A stretch of DNA of 64,000 bases from Amoebidium appalachense. Its lineage: Eukaryota; Protista; Ichthyosporea. This document shows, piece after piece, positions 25,549 to 37,802 of this stretch (the first letter of the stretch is position 1; every line of letters starts with the position of its first letter). Under the pieces are notes generated by a model. It had not been told where the DNA came from, did no database searches, and saw nothing but the letters and a program-made list of their open reading frames with translations. Where the stretch lies: contig CAVNZM010000012.1 in NCBI GenBank assembly GCA_963693365.1, positions 5,654,889-5,718,888 on the forward strand, read 5' to 3'. Position numbers and translations under genes: made by a program.

Positions 25549-26604
25549 ATGGCCCCTCCTCCTACTCTGGTCGCCAAGGGGGCCGCTCTCCTCGAAAAGC
25601 TTTTGGAGATCTCTACCAATGCGGACGCCGCAAGTCTCAAAAGATTCGCCGTTTTGCAGTCCAACGCCCTCCCCTGGAACAGCCTGCCGGCAGAAACCGT
25701 CAACAGTGTGGTTTCAGCCATCAAGGCGCGCTCGGTGGCTTTCGATGACCCTGAGATGGTCGGTTGGAAAGTCACCGACCAGCTGCACTTGCTCTGTCGC
25801 ACTCCTCGCAGCGGCCGTGCCTCCCCCCCACCTGGGTCGCCCTCTCCCCAGCGGCGTTCTGACGGTGTAGACGTCCAAGAGCAGCTGCAGGCGCTTTCTG
25901 CCCAAGTGCAAGCCCTCTCTGTTGCCCAGTCTGGTCGCCCCAAGAAGCCCTCTGCCGGCGGCCTGCTGAGCACGCTGTCTGCGCGGCCAAAGGGCAAGGA
26001 GCCTGTCCATGTGTCTGACACCGGCAGTGAAGACACCCCATTGTCGAGTGAGGATTCTGATTCCAGCAGCAGTGGCTACGGTCGTTCCTCTCGCAGCCGT
26101 CGTTCCTCTGGCCGTTCCAAACCCAACCCCAGCCGTTACCTGCTCTTCAGCGGCGCCAAAGTCAACCTGGGCGTCAAAGAACGTCTGGCCCCTTCTTCCC
26201 TCAAGAGCACCTTGGCTGACCAGGCCTCGGTCACTGCGGTTGTCCACGCGGCGGATTGGGTCAGCTACCGCAACAAACGGGAGGCTCTGACGCTTGCCCG
26301 TATGCTGGATCTGCTGCTGGCCGCCGACCCTAAGGCCCGCAAGGAGTCACCTGCTGTGGAAGTTGGTGTGCGCCGTCTGCTGGCTGTGCAGACTGCTGAT
26401 AAGTCCAACGGGGACTGGGCTGTTGCAGAGCAGTTTGAAGAGCTCCCTGCGCGCAGCCTGCCCCTGCCCCCTGCCTTGGCCACCCGGGCTGTTCGTCAAG
26501 CCAAGACCCTCGCCGAAGTCACCCGGGCTCGGCGCGGTCCCGGCAGCGCCCCATCCGGGGCCGGTCCATCGACCCCTCCGGGGACCGGTGGGCACAGGGC
26601 CTAA
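25549..26604 (+). CDS. ORF1, gag-position protein (351 aa), open
   Basis: ATG at 25549 within ORF 25420-26604; lies before the RT ORF; has a coiled-coil-like stretch and a Ser-rich linker; no CCHC knuckle seen. Confidence 0.8.
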   Translation: MAPPPTLVAKGAALLEKLLEISTNADAASLKRFAVLQSNALPWNSLPAETVNSVVSAIKARSVAFDDPEMVGWKVTDQLHLLCRTPRSGRASPPPGSPSPQRRSDGVDVQEQLQALSAQVQALSVAQSGRPKKPSAGGLLSTLSARPKGKEPVHVSDTGSEDTPLSSEDSDSSSSGYGRSSRSRRSSGRSKPNPSRYLLFSGAKVNLGVKERLAPSSLKSTLADQASVTAVVHAADWVSYRNKREALTLARMLDLLLAADPKARKESPAVEVGVRRLLAVQTADKSNGDWAVAEQFEELPARSLPLPPALATRAVRQAKTLAEVTRARRGPGSAPSGAGPSTPPGTGGHRA

Positions 26605-26681
26605 ACGGCCCTTTGGGGGTTCGGCACGCGGTTCTGTATATTATTTTCTTGTGGTTTCCTGCCACGTGCCCTTGATTAAAT

Positions 26682-28740
26682 ATGCCCCCTAATTTTTCTA
26701 AGGATTCCACAGCTATGTCACGTCATGTCTTTGCCGCCTCTGATTTGTTTCCTGCTCCGGCCATTCCTGTGCCGGACCGTTCTGGACAAGCCCGTCTACG
26801 GAGTCAACGCCGTCGGCAACGTCTGTCTCACCGCCTGAAGGGGGTTACCTTGGCTAACCGTTGTCTTGGTGCCCTCGACGAGCTGTGGGCAGGCGGCCCT
26901 TGCCCATTCCCGACCCGGTTGGTGAACAGTCACCACCATGCCCTGTGGACCTTTGTCCTTAGGGCCAGCTACGATGCTATACGCGGCGCGGGTGTCTACG
27001 ACGCTCAGCCTGCGAGTAGTGTCTTGGCTGCATTCCCTGCGGCCTACCCTGTATTGACAGGATGGCTACCTCTCACGGCGGCAAATGCCGCTTTGCCACC
27101 CCCTGGGGTTGGAGCCACAGTGGACGTGTTGCAGTTTTTGTCTCCTACGCTGCCAGCCGTTTTTGGCCAACTGCGACGGCGGCCTTCTCAAGCCTGTTCC
27201 GCCGACGCCTGCAGAGCTGCGCCGCATCCGACCGGCGCATCACGTTCCCAGTGGGGAATACGGTCCCCTGCTTCTTCGGCTTCAAGACTGCGGCATGGTG
27301 CACTATTTCGAGGCGAAGGAAAAACCACTGGCCATCAATGGGCTGTTTGGGGTCCCCAAAGACACCAGAGCCCGCGTCATTTTTGACGGCCGCCGTGGCA
27401 ACCTGTTCTTTGCCCGTGATCATCCTGCCCTCAAGGTGCACCTGCCCAACCCTGCCGATTTTGCCGATCTGTTTCTGGGGCCTGAGGATTGCCTCTATTT
27501 TGGCAAATCGGACATGGACAAGCAGTTCCATCGTCTTCTTGCCCCGGAGTGGCTGCGGCGGTACTTCGGATTGCCGCCTGTGTCTTCGGAGGCTGTTGGC
27601 ATTTCTGGGCCCGACCGGCTTGTGTACCCGGCCCTCAAGACCGTGCCCATGGGCTGGGTGCATTCTGTGCTTGTGGCTCAAGACGTCCATGGGCAGTTGG
27701 CTGACCGAGCCGGCATGCCCCGCATTGAGCGCCTCTGTGCGATAGTGCCGCGGCCTGTGGAGGCCACGCAGCATGCCCTGTATGTGGACGACTGTGGCTG
27801 GGTTGGCACAGATGCCACCGCCATCAATCGTCAGCGTGAATCGTATCATGGCGTCACCGGCCCGGCTGGTCTTCCCTTCAATGTCAAGAAGGAGGTGGCT
27901 GCTGGTTCGTCATCCTCTATGGTGCTGCTAGGCCTGGAAATGCATCGCTCTGGGATATTGCGCCCGTCTGGCGCTTCCGTGTGCTGTCTGGTGGCGGAAA
28001 CCCAGGCCGTGTTGCGTCGTGGTGTCGTCACACAGCTCCGTTTGCAGCAGTTGCTTGGTGGTTGGGTGTGGGCGGCACTGCTGCAGCGTCCGCTTTTGTC
28101 GGTTCTGAGTGCCGTCTACAGTTTTGTGGAGCAGCTGGGGGGTCGGGAACAGCCCCTTCCCCCGCCCGTTGTGTGGGAGCTTCAGGCGATGTGTGCTTTG
28201 GCCCCTTTGATGCGTTGTGATTTGCGTTCTGGGTTTGCTAGCACCATGTTCTGCACTGATGCTTCCGTGTTGGGTGGTGCAGTGGTGTCCCGGGTGCTTC
28301 CAGCAACGCTTCTCCGTGAAGTACTGCCTCACTCCAACCGGCGTGGCCACTACAGCCAGCTGTCTGGTCCTGTGCACCAGCCAAGCCCGTCCGCCCCCCC
28401 GGCACCTATCCTGGCAGCTGTTGGTGGCCGGTGGACCACCAACATCAGTCATCGTTGGCGCCACTCCGACCACATCAACATTCTGGAGGGAGAAGCCTTG
28501 CTCCTGGGGCTTCGTCGATTAGGTCGGTCTACGGCTGCCCGGGGCTCCCGCTACCTTTGGGGCCTTGATTCGACGGCGCTGCTTGGGGCTGTTGCTAAGG
28601 GTCGTTCAGCATCCCGACACCTTAACCGTGCATGCCGCCAGGTGGCTGCCTACACACTTGCCCTCGACATTCGTTTGTATTGTGTGTGGCTGCCGTCAGC
28701 CCACAATCCTGCAGATGGTCCCTCGCGGTTTTCTGGCTGA
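26682..28740 (+). pseudogene. Reverse transcriptase / RNase H (DIRS-type) with one +1 frameshift near 27153
   Basis: LFGVPK, RVIFD, KSDMDKQF, VPMGW, YVDD, CTDAS, HINILEGEA, LDS, HNPADGPSR. Confidence 0.93.
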
Positions 28741-30320
28741 AAAGGCCATTCTTATGCCAACGTCGTCTTTACCAGCCCCAGCAAGGGGATACATGAGCCG
28801 GTGCCTGTGGATCAATCTCACAAGCAGGCACAGGTGTGCTCCACAGGAGCAATGAAAAGAATGACAAATGTCATACAGAAACATGCTCAAAAAACGTAGC
28901 CTAGTGCCTAAATAGGCAAAGGGTGTGGTGGGTGGGCAAAAACTTAGCTAAAAAATTGGGCCTAAAGAGACCTAAACGCGCTCAGTAGCGCCGCAACTGA
29001 CCTCCCTGGGGCCGCGCAAGCTCATTTTAGAGCGCGGCCCACATTTTTGCCTATGGAAATATGAAGAAATGACTTAGAACCTATCAAATCCATGAAATCT
29101 ACCAAAATGGAATTTTTGCTGCACATCAACCAATGAAAAATTTTCACAAGTGGCTAAAACCCCTAGATCATAAAGACCAAATCGATTGCCGCCCATTTCG
29201 GACTAGATATAACTCAAACTCATCAATATATCCATATGGCATATCCCACAGAACATAAAAACAGCTACAGCTCCCTAAATAGAAATGCTAGCAGCCTGAA
29301 ACTTTGCACACACATCAAACACACCATGGCCTACAGCATTATACTACCACGAAGTTTACAGCACACTCGCAACACACAATGTCACTCCAACGGGGCTATC
29401 TAATTCTCCTGCAAAGAAAACACGTTTACAAACTTAATATAAAGCCCCCAACCCTCAAGGCCTACCGGGATGCTGTTGTTGAGTTCCTGGATTGGTTGCC
29501 CCCTGGCACCGTCACCAAGTCCCCCGCCGAACTGGACGACCTCCTGGTAAAGTATTTTGAGGAGTGTTATGCCATTGATCCATCGCGTGGCCAGCGTCAG
29601 CGCTGTGTCAACACAGCTGCCGGCATCAAGCATTTCATGCCATGCCTGGGTCCACGCCTGCAGGCCACCCAACGGAGCCTGCAGGGCTGGGACCGGCTTG
29701 TTCCAGCAAAGACCACACCCCCGCCTCCGTTTTCATTGGTCCTCGTCATTGGATATCATTTGTATTCCAAAATTGGCCCCTTGTTTGGTATTGCTGTTTT
29801 GCTTGGATTTGAGTGCTATTTTCGTGTCAGTGAGCTACTTATGCTCATCCGTGCGGATCTTCTTTTGTCCAACGACCCCGTTCCCCACGACATGCTACCC
29901 AGTACAGGCGGCATCCGCCCGGTCCAAATCAGTTTGTCCCCACCACCGATCCGTCACTGTTGCCCATCCTGTCTTTCTGGATCCGTGGTGCCCTTCTGCG
30001 CGGCTGTTTCCTTTTTCGTATGATGTTCTGCGTGCCAAGTTCCAAGCGGCATGTGACTCCTCGGCCTCAACGAGTATGGGTTCCATCTTCACAGTCTTCG
30101 CCATGGTGGTGCCTCGAGAGACTACGTCAGGGGTGTTGCGGCAGAGACGATTGCTCTGCGTGGTCGGTGGAGATCGCATGCCACCCTCCGCCGGTATGTG
30201 CAGGCCGGCCAGTCTCTTGTTCTTTCTATTCGGGTGCCTGCGTCGCTCCTTGCCTGGGCTGCAGCGCTGCGTCAGTCACCACGGCATGGTTCGTTCCTTC
30301 CCGTGCCAGAGAGGGAGTGG
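28715..30320 (+). pseudogene. Tyrosine recombinase, split by a solo A-B insertion and frameshifted
   Basis: MVPRGFLA..IKPPTLKAY, ECYFRVSEL, HSLRHGGA, RGRW, RRYV; the start overlaps the RT stop. Confidence 0.9.
28749..29439 (-). mobile_element. Solo A-spacer-B unit (691 bp) inserted inverted at the YR 5' end
   Basis: Flanks GGCCA|TAAAGCCC match the uninterrupted GGCTA|TAAAGCCC (reverse strand ~5869-5883). Confidence 0.92.
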
Positions 30321-31109
30321 TTGAGCACACCTGTGCCTGCTTGTGAGATTGATCCACAGGCACCGGCTCATGTATCCCCTTGCTGGGGCTGGTAAAGACG
30401 ACGTTGGCATAGAATATATAGTTTGTAAACGTGTTTTCTTTGCAGGAGAATTAGATAGCCCCGTTGGAGTGAAATTGTGTGTTGCGAGTGTGCTATAAAC
30501 TTCGTAGTAGTAATATGTTGTAGTAGGCCTTGGTGTGTTTGATGAGTGTGCAAAGTTTCAGGCTGCTAGCATTTTTATTTAGGGAGCTGTAGTTGTTTTT
30601 ATGTTCTGTGGGATATGCCATATGGATATATTGATGAGTGAGAGTTATATCTAGTCCGAAATGGGCGGCAATTGATTTGGTCTTTGTGATCTAGGGGTTT
30701 TAGCCACTTGTGAAAATTTTTCATTGGTTGTAATGTGCAGCAAAAATTCCATTTTGGTAGATTTCATGGATTTGATAGGTCCTAAGTCATTTCTTCATAT
30801 TCCATAAGCAAAAATGTGGGCCGCGCTATATAATGAGCTTGCGCGGCCCCAGGGAGGTCAGTTGCGGCGCTACTGAGCGCCTTTAGGTCTCTTTAGGCCC
30901 AATTGCTTAGCTAAGTTTTTTGCCCACCCACCACACCCTTGCCTATTTAGGCACTAGGCAACGTTTTTGCAGCATGTTTCTGGATGACATTTGTCATTCT
31001 TTTCATTGCTCCTGTGGAGCACACCTGTGCCTGCTTGTGAGATTGATCCACAGGCACCGGCTCATGTTTCCCCTTGCTGGGGCTGGTAAAGACGATGTTG
31101 GCATAAGAA
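30320..31109 (+). repeat. B1 (30320-30414), A2 (30415-30923), spacer and B2 (31014-31109)
   Basis: B1 and B2 are ~96-bp direct repeats; A2 matches A1. Confidence 0.92.
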
Positions 31110-31689
31110 AGAAATTTTTGTAGACTCTAGCTTAAACCCCTCAATCCCGAAACTTCTAAGCATTGAAGAGGTGCAATATATATATAAATTGAATTCACAG
31201 ATGGTTCGGCGACATTCTATTTCATCTATTGCTTATAATATTACGTTTATAATTTACATGTATTGCCAATGGATAGCTTATATGCTTTTTTGCAACCAAT
31301 GCTCGGAAAATTGTGCTGCAATCATTCTTCGGCGTCCTGGCTTATGCGCAGGTGACAGTGTGCTCTTGGGTGAACATTGCAGGCTCGATTAATTGGCTGA
31401 GCCATCTGGCACCTATGATCGCGTGACCGCAGCCACACGATTGGTGAGTTAAAATCACCCTGAGCCATGACTTATGTCTCCTGTCATAAAGAAAAAAACA
31501 CGTGTTTTTACTATCGGAGGTGACCTAAAATAACATGACGACGCCATGAAAATGAATTCGAAACTAAAAAATAATTATTTCAGTCACTGACAAAAATTTC
31601 AGAGTGTTATTTACAGCGGTTGCTGAAATATTAGAGAAAAACTGTGGTGACTCTGGGTCGTGGATACATATTAGACACCCTCACTGACT

Positions 31690-32057
31690 GGCAATGTTTC
31701 AATTTATGCCCTTCCGGCCTTCGGTTGTGCCATACCACCGTCACTTGTTTTTTCCATCCTTGGTGCCTCTTTTGTTTTGCGCCAGCCAAGTCTGTGGCAT
31801 AAACCTGCCGCCACCACGCCGTTCCTTTTCTTTTCGCGGTGCCTTGGTTTGGTGGCGCTGTTTCGTCCTCCTTATGTGGGTTGCTCGCCTACCCACCCCT
31901 TATCGTTCTCATCTTGTCTTGACTCTGGCCCCCCGCGGGCCACCGGCCCTCAAGCTTAGGTAGGCCTGGTTGGGGTAGTACACACGGGTTTTTCTTTCTG
32001 TTTGCGGTGCTTCCGCCAATGCCTTTCGTTGTCGTTGGTTATGGCCCCGGAAGTTCG
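31690..32057 (+). mobile_element. Family 2 5' leader fragment
   Basis: Similar to the reverse complement of ~40600-40980. Confidence 0.65.
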
Positions 32058-32974
32058 TTCTTGTGCCAACGTCGCCTTTACAAGCCCAAGCACGGAGATA
32101 CTTGAGGTGGTGCCTGCTGACCCTATGATCTCAGGCACATGTGTGCTCCACAGGAGCAATTCAAAGCCTTATGAGGCAAGCCTAATAAGGCAAGTGTTCA
32201 ATGCCTAATGAGGCAAGGGTTCAAAGCCTAATAGGCAAGGGTGGGTGGGTGGGGAAAAACTTGACTACAGGCAGTAACCTAAAAAGGCCTACACTCCGTG
32301 ACTTACACCGAAACAAGCAACCTAAGGAGGGCTACCTACACTATGCTAATGAGCATTGCGACTGAGACGCACACAGCAGCCAAAAGGCTCTAAACCAAAG
32401 CATCGGCATGCAAAAATTATTGCGGGCGGGATCGCCTCATGACTATAATTCAATCAAAACGTCTACATATGCAGGAACACATTCCTCTACATACTTTCAC
32501 CAATAAAAAGCTGAACTGCAAATCGTATACCAGCATACGTACATCACCGAATTTTCGCTACCACTATCACCTGCATACCTCGCACACGGAGTCCTGGTAC
32601 TCTGTCTCCGGTGCTGTCCAATGCTCCTGCAAAGAAAAAACGTTATCAAACTAATCAATCGTTCTTGTGCCAACGTCGCCTTTACCAGCCCCAGCTAGGG
32701 GATACCTGAGGTGGTGCGTGCTGCCCTATGATCTCAGGCACCATGTGGGCTCCACTCTTGCCTTGCTGGCATGCCGGGGAAAACGGGCGACGCGACATAG
32801 CACATGGGTGCAGGGAGCAAGACCCAACGAAAACAAAAAGAAATAAAATATACCCAAAATTCGAAGCTATAGACACGCACACGACGTGTGTGTGTGTGTG
32901 TGTGTACACACGTGTGTGTGTGTGTATGTGTGTGCGTGTGTGTAGGTGTGTTTGTGTATGATGTGTGGGTGGTT

Positions 32975-33013
<39 letters not shown>

Positions 33014-33287
33014 ATTAATAGGTGCAAAATTAAGACTCCCACAAGAATACAAAAAAAATACAACTCAAAATACGCGGGACGGACCATCGGCAGGTTTGCT
33101 GGCCGAAGGAAGCCAGAGCCAATAGAGACGGATGTCAAGGGCCAGCGAATGAGCAGCCACTTGGCGGCAGACACGATTCAGGCGATGGGAGGCCGAACGG
33201 CCCTTGGCCCTGTACAGCACCCAGGAGTGCAGTGAATCCAGACCCAACACGTAGCGGCGGCTGCGGGCTCAGCAGGAACGACCCAAG
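32058..33287 (-). mobile_element. Family 2 3' end: RNaseH end, (CA)n, B'1, A'2, B'2
   Basis: ORF 33065-33250 ends ...PADGPSRVF; GT tract 32886-33010; B' repeats at ~32058 and ~32662. Confidence 0.85.
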
Positions 33288-35262
33288 TGTGTCTTCGAAG
33301 GTTGTTGGCCTTTCTGGGCCCGACCGGCTTGTGTACCCGGCCCTCAAGACCGTGCCTATGGGCTGGGTGCGTTCTGTGCTTGTGGCTCAAGACGTCCATG
33401 GGCAGTTGGCTGACCGAGCCGGCATGCCTCGCATTGAGCGCCTCTGTGCAATAGTGCCGCGGCCTGTGGAGGCCACGCAGCATGCCCTTTATGTGGACGA
33501 CTGTGGCTGGGTCGGCACAGATGCCACCGCCACCAATCGTCAGCGTGAATCATATCATGGCGTCACCGGCCCGGCTGGTCTTCCCTCCAACGTCAAGAAG
33601 GATGTGGCTGCTGGTTCGTCGTCCTCTATGGTGCTGCTAGGCTTTGAAATGGATCACTCTGGGATTTTGCGCCCGTCTGGTGCTTCCTTGTGCCGTCTGG
33701 TGGCGGAAACCCAGGCCGTGTTGCGTCGTGGTGTCGTCACGCAGCTCCGTTTGCAGCAGTTGCTTGGTGGTTGGTTGTGGGCGGCACTGCTGCAGCGGCC
33801 GCTTTTGTCGGTTCTGAGTGCCGTCTACAGTTTTGTGGAGCAGCTGGGGGGTCAGGAACAGCCCCTTCCACCGCCCGTGGTGTGGGAGCGTCAGGCGATG
33901 TGTGCTTTGGCCCCGTTGATGCGTTGTGATTTGCGTTCTGGGTTTGCTAGCACCATGTTCTGCACTGATGCTTCCTTAAGGGTTGGGTGGTGCAGTGGTG
34001 TCCCGGGTGCTGCCAGCAGTGCTTCTCCGCCAAGTGCTGCCTCACTGCAACCGGCATGGCCACTACAGCCAGCTGTCTGGTCCCGTGCCCGAGCCAAGCC
34101 CGTCCGCCCCCCTGGCACCTATCCATCATTTGTCTCTCAATATTGGCCCCTTGTTTGGTATTGCTGTTTTGCTCGGATTTGAGTGTTATTTTCGTGTCAG
34201 TGAGCTGCTTATGCTCACCCGTGCGGATCTTGTTTTGCCCAACGACCCCGTTCCCCACGACATGCCACCCGGTACAGGCGGCATCCGCCTGGCCGACACC
34301 CGGTCCAAATCAGTTTGTCCCCATCACCGATCCGTCCCTGTTGGCCATCCTGTCTTTCTGGTTCCGTGGTTCCCCCCCTTCTGCGCGGCTGTTTCCTTTC
34401 TCGTACGATGTTCTGCGTGCCAAGTTCCAAGCGGCATGTGACTCCCTCGGCCTCAACGAGTATGGGTTCGATCTTCACAGTCTTCGCCATGGTGGTGCCT
34501 CAAGAGACTACGTTAGGGGTGTTTCGGTGGAGACGATTGCTCTGCGTGGTCGGTGGAGATCGCATGCCTCCCTCCGCCGGTATGTGCAGGCCGGCCAGCC
34601 TCTTGCTCTTTCTATTCGGATGCCTGCATCGCTCCTTGCCCGGGCTGCAGGGCTGCGTCAGTCACCCACGGCATGGTTCGTTCCTTCCCGTGCCAGGTAA
34701 GGAGTGGTGGAGCACACCTGTGCCTCCTTGTGAGATTGATCCACAGGCACCGGCTAATGTACCCCCTTGCTGGGGCTGGTAAAGACGATGTTGGCATAAG
34801 AATATTTAGTTTGTAAACGTGTTTTCTTTGCAGGAGAATTAGATAGCTCCCCCCGTTGGAGTGAAATTGTGTGTTGCGAGTGTGCTATAAAATTCGTAGT
34901 AGTAGTATATTGTGGGCCTAGGTGTGTTTGGTGTGTGTGCAAAGTTTCAGGCTGCTAGGATGTTTATTTAGGGAGCTGTAGCTGTTTTTATGTTCTGTGG
35001 GATATGCCATATGGATATATTGATGAGTGTGAGTTATATCTAGTCCGAAATGGGCGGCAATTGATTTGGTCTTTGTGATCTAGGGGTTTTAGTCAGTTGT
35101 GAAAAATTTTCATTGTTGATGTGCAGCAAAAATTCCATTTTGGTAGATTTCATGATTTGATAGGTTCTAAGTCATTTCTTCATATTTCCATAGGCAAAAA
35201 TGTGGGCCGCGCTATATAATGAGCTTGCGCGGCCCCAGGGAGGTCAGTTGCGGCGCTACTGA
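33288..35262 (+). mobile_element. Family 1 fragment: RT core, deletion into YR, B1 (34706-34802), A2 (34803-35262)
   Basis: ORF 33232-34182 has YVDD and CTDAS; ORF 33987-34700 has HSLRHGG; B|A junction at 34802/34803. Confidence 0.9.
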
Positions 35263-36030
35263 GTTTTTGGGTGAAGGGGCACCAATCCAACACCAAACGG
35301 TACGGTCAACAAAACAACGAGGCAGACAAGGCAGCCAATGCAGGCAGAGCCCTCTCCCCCCCTCCCCCTGGGGCCGGCTACGACTACAAGGGCACCGTGT
35401 CCCCGGCAACATTCCCGGAACACTGAACCGTTTGAACAAGGACGTCCTCACCGACATGGCCGGAAAGACAAAAGCTATGTCCATTCTAACCAACCCCAGA
35501 CTGATCCCAGCCAAACGTAACCCCCTCAAGCGTAATAAGGGACCAACACAGGCAACCATATATCCGGGCAGTCAAAAGCAACACTAGTAGCCGGCCCCTG
35601 GCATCGGCACCCTGCCTACCATGACCCGACTACACCGAGATCACCCCACTGTCGTCACACAGCCCACATGACCCCGGTGCACCCTGCACCAGGAGACCAT
35701 CACCCACCTCTGGGCCTGCCCGGCCCATGCCGGGGAGATCCTCACCCTGATCACGGTCATCACAGCCTGCATCCACAACCGTTCTGAACACCCCGCACCC
35801 AAAAACCCCCACGGTACAGCACCAACACACGCAGCCACGGTGGTAGACCAATGTGCATGGATAAACTGGATAGGAGGCAACCGGGCCCAGGAGACCCAAC
35901 AGACCCCGAGGACATCACATAGGTGGAAAGAGGGTTCTGCCCACAATCGGTGGGCCCACTACTTGCAGCCACCAGCACCACCGAGACCACCACCAGGGTC
36001 ATCTTAGACAAACCACTGTAGCATTGAAGT
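35263..36030 (+). pseudogene. Non-LTR retrotransposon 3' fragment (RNase H end and zinc-knuckle region)
   Basis: FWVKGHQ...NNEADKAAN at ~35265-35340; CTLHQETITHLWACP at ~35680-35722. Confidence 0.7.
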
Positions 36031-37524
36031 CTTTTTTCTTTTCTAAGATTTGGCAGCCACGTAACATCGCACTCCCCCCCACCCACCCCAAATTGCAAAA
36101 ACACCACCACACAACCACCACCCGTAAAAAAGAAAAGCAAGGCGCCCCCCAAAACCAAAACACACACAAAAACGCTCCCCCCACACACCCGGCCAGCCTG
36201 CCCTAACTGCCGGATCACACACAGACCAATTGTGCCATACAAAACACACCTTTTAGTTCACAATAGCATTGCCACAATGTATGTACCACATAATGTTAGG
36301 TAGAAACCCCGTCCCACCACCACCACCACACACCCCATCATCCACCCCTACCCACCGTAAACACAACACACAACACTTAGGACATTAATTAATATTCCAC
36401 TACTGTAGATCGACCAATGAGAGCAGGGGGTTAACGTTTATTACTAAGTTTGGAGTGGAGGGGATGACTGGTGCCTCCTGCCGGCGTCGCTGGGGTAGTA
36501 ATCCTGGGCAAAGTGTGTACTTCTAGTTAGGTTGTGAAGGATGGTTTAGCTTAGCTGAACTCATAGATAGCACCTTAGTTAGTGTACTGTCGGTGCTGTG
36601 TGGTAGAAGGCAATTTCCCTAGAGGGGCTGCAAAGTCCCTCGGGAACAAAACGTGATAATCTTTTAAAAAAAAAGTAAGAAAAAAAAACGTCCGTCTCAC
36701 GTATGAGCTCCTCCAACAGGGGCAGATTTACATTTCTTATGCCAACGTCGCCTTTACCAGCCCCAGCACGGGGATACTTGAGGTGGTGCCTGCTGACCCT
36801 ATGATCATGGCACATGTGAGCAATTCAAAGCCTTATGAGGCAAGCCTATTGAGGCAAGGATTCAAAGCCTAATGAGGCAAGGGTGGGTGTAACTTACTAC
36901 AGGCAGTAACCTAGAAAGGCCTACCTACTTACACCGAAACAGGCAGCCTAAGGAGGCCTACCTATACCATGCTAATGAGCACAGCGACTGAGACGCACAC
37001 AGCAACCAAAAGGCTCTAAACCAAATCATCGGCATGCAAAAACTATTGCGGGCGGGATCGCCTCATGATTATAATCCAATCAAAACGTCTACATATGCAG
37101 GAACACATTCCTCTACATACTTTCATCACTAAAAACCTAAACTGCAAATCGTATACCAGCATACATACATCACCATATTTTCACGACCACTATCACCTGC
37201 ATATCTCATCTCACACACGGAGTCCTGTTACTCTGTCTCCGGTGCTGTCCAATGCTCCTGCAAAGAAAAAACGTTTACAAACTAATCATTCTTATGCCAA
37301 TGTCGCCTTTACCAGCCCCCAGCACGGGGATACTTGAGGTGGTGCCTGCTGACCCTATGATCTCAGGCACATGTGTGCTCCACTCTTGCCTTGCTGGCAT
37401 GGGCGGGAAGAGACCATGCCAGGGAAAACGGGCTACGCGACATAGCACATGGGTGCAGGGAGCAAGACCATTGGACAACAAAAAGAAAGTAAACAAACCC
37501 AAAATTCGAAGCTATTAGACGCGC

Positions 37525-37802
<278 letters not shown>

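Larger units (their letters stand above)
24820..31109 (+). mobile_element. Reconstructable full-length Ngaro-type (DIRS order) tyrosine-recombinase retrotransposon, family 1
   Basis: Order A1-ORF1-RT/RNaseH-YR-B1-A2-spacer-B2 (split direct repeats); no target duplication; no methyltransferase domain after RNase H, which fits Ngaro rather than DIRS1/PAT. Confidence 0.9.

Noticed and set aside
27140-27165. Programmed frameshift in the RT ORF
   Set aside because: This copy has +1 and the copy at ~7925 has -1 at the same spot, family 2 reads through in frame, and no slippery heptamer is present. Decay is more likely.
27145-28473. Long antisense ORFs over RT (also 6479-7156)
   Set aside because: Expected shadows of GC-rich coding sequence; no recognisable motifs.
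31110-31690. ncRNA or gene in the unique AT-rich island
   Set aside because: No recognisable tRNA, rRNA or snRNA motif and no credible ORF.
1-35262. A repeats alternating with variable segments as a CRISPR- or integron-like array
   Set aside because: The repeats are ~500 bp, occur in mixed orientation and are explained as retrotransposon termini. The intervening DNA is self-derived, and there are no cas or intI genes.
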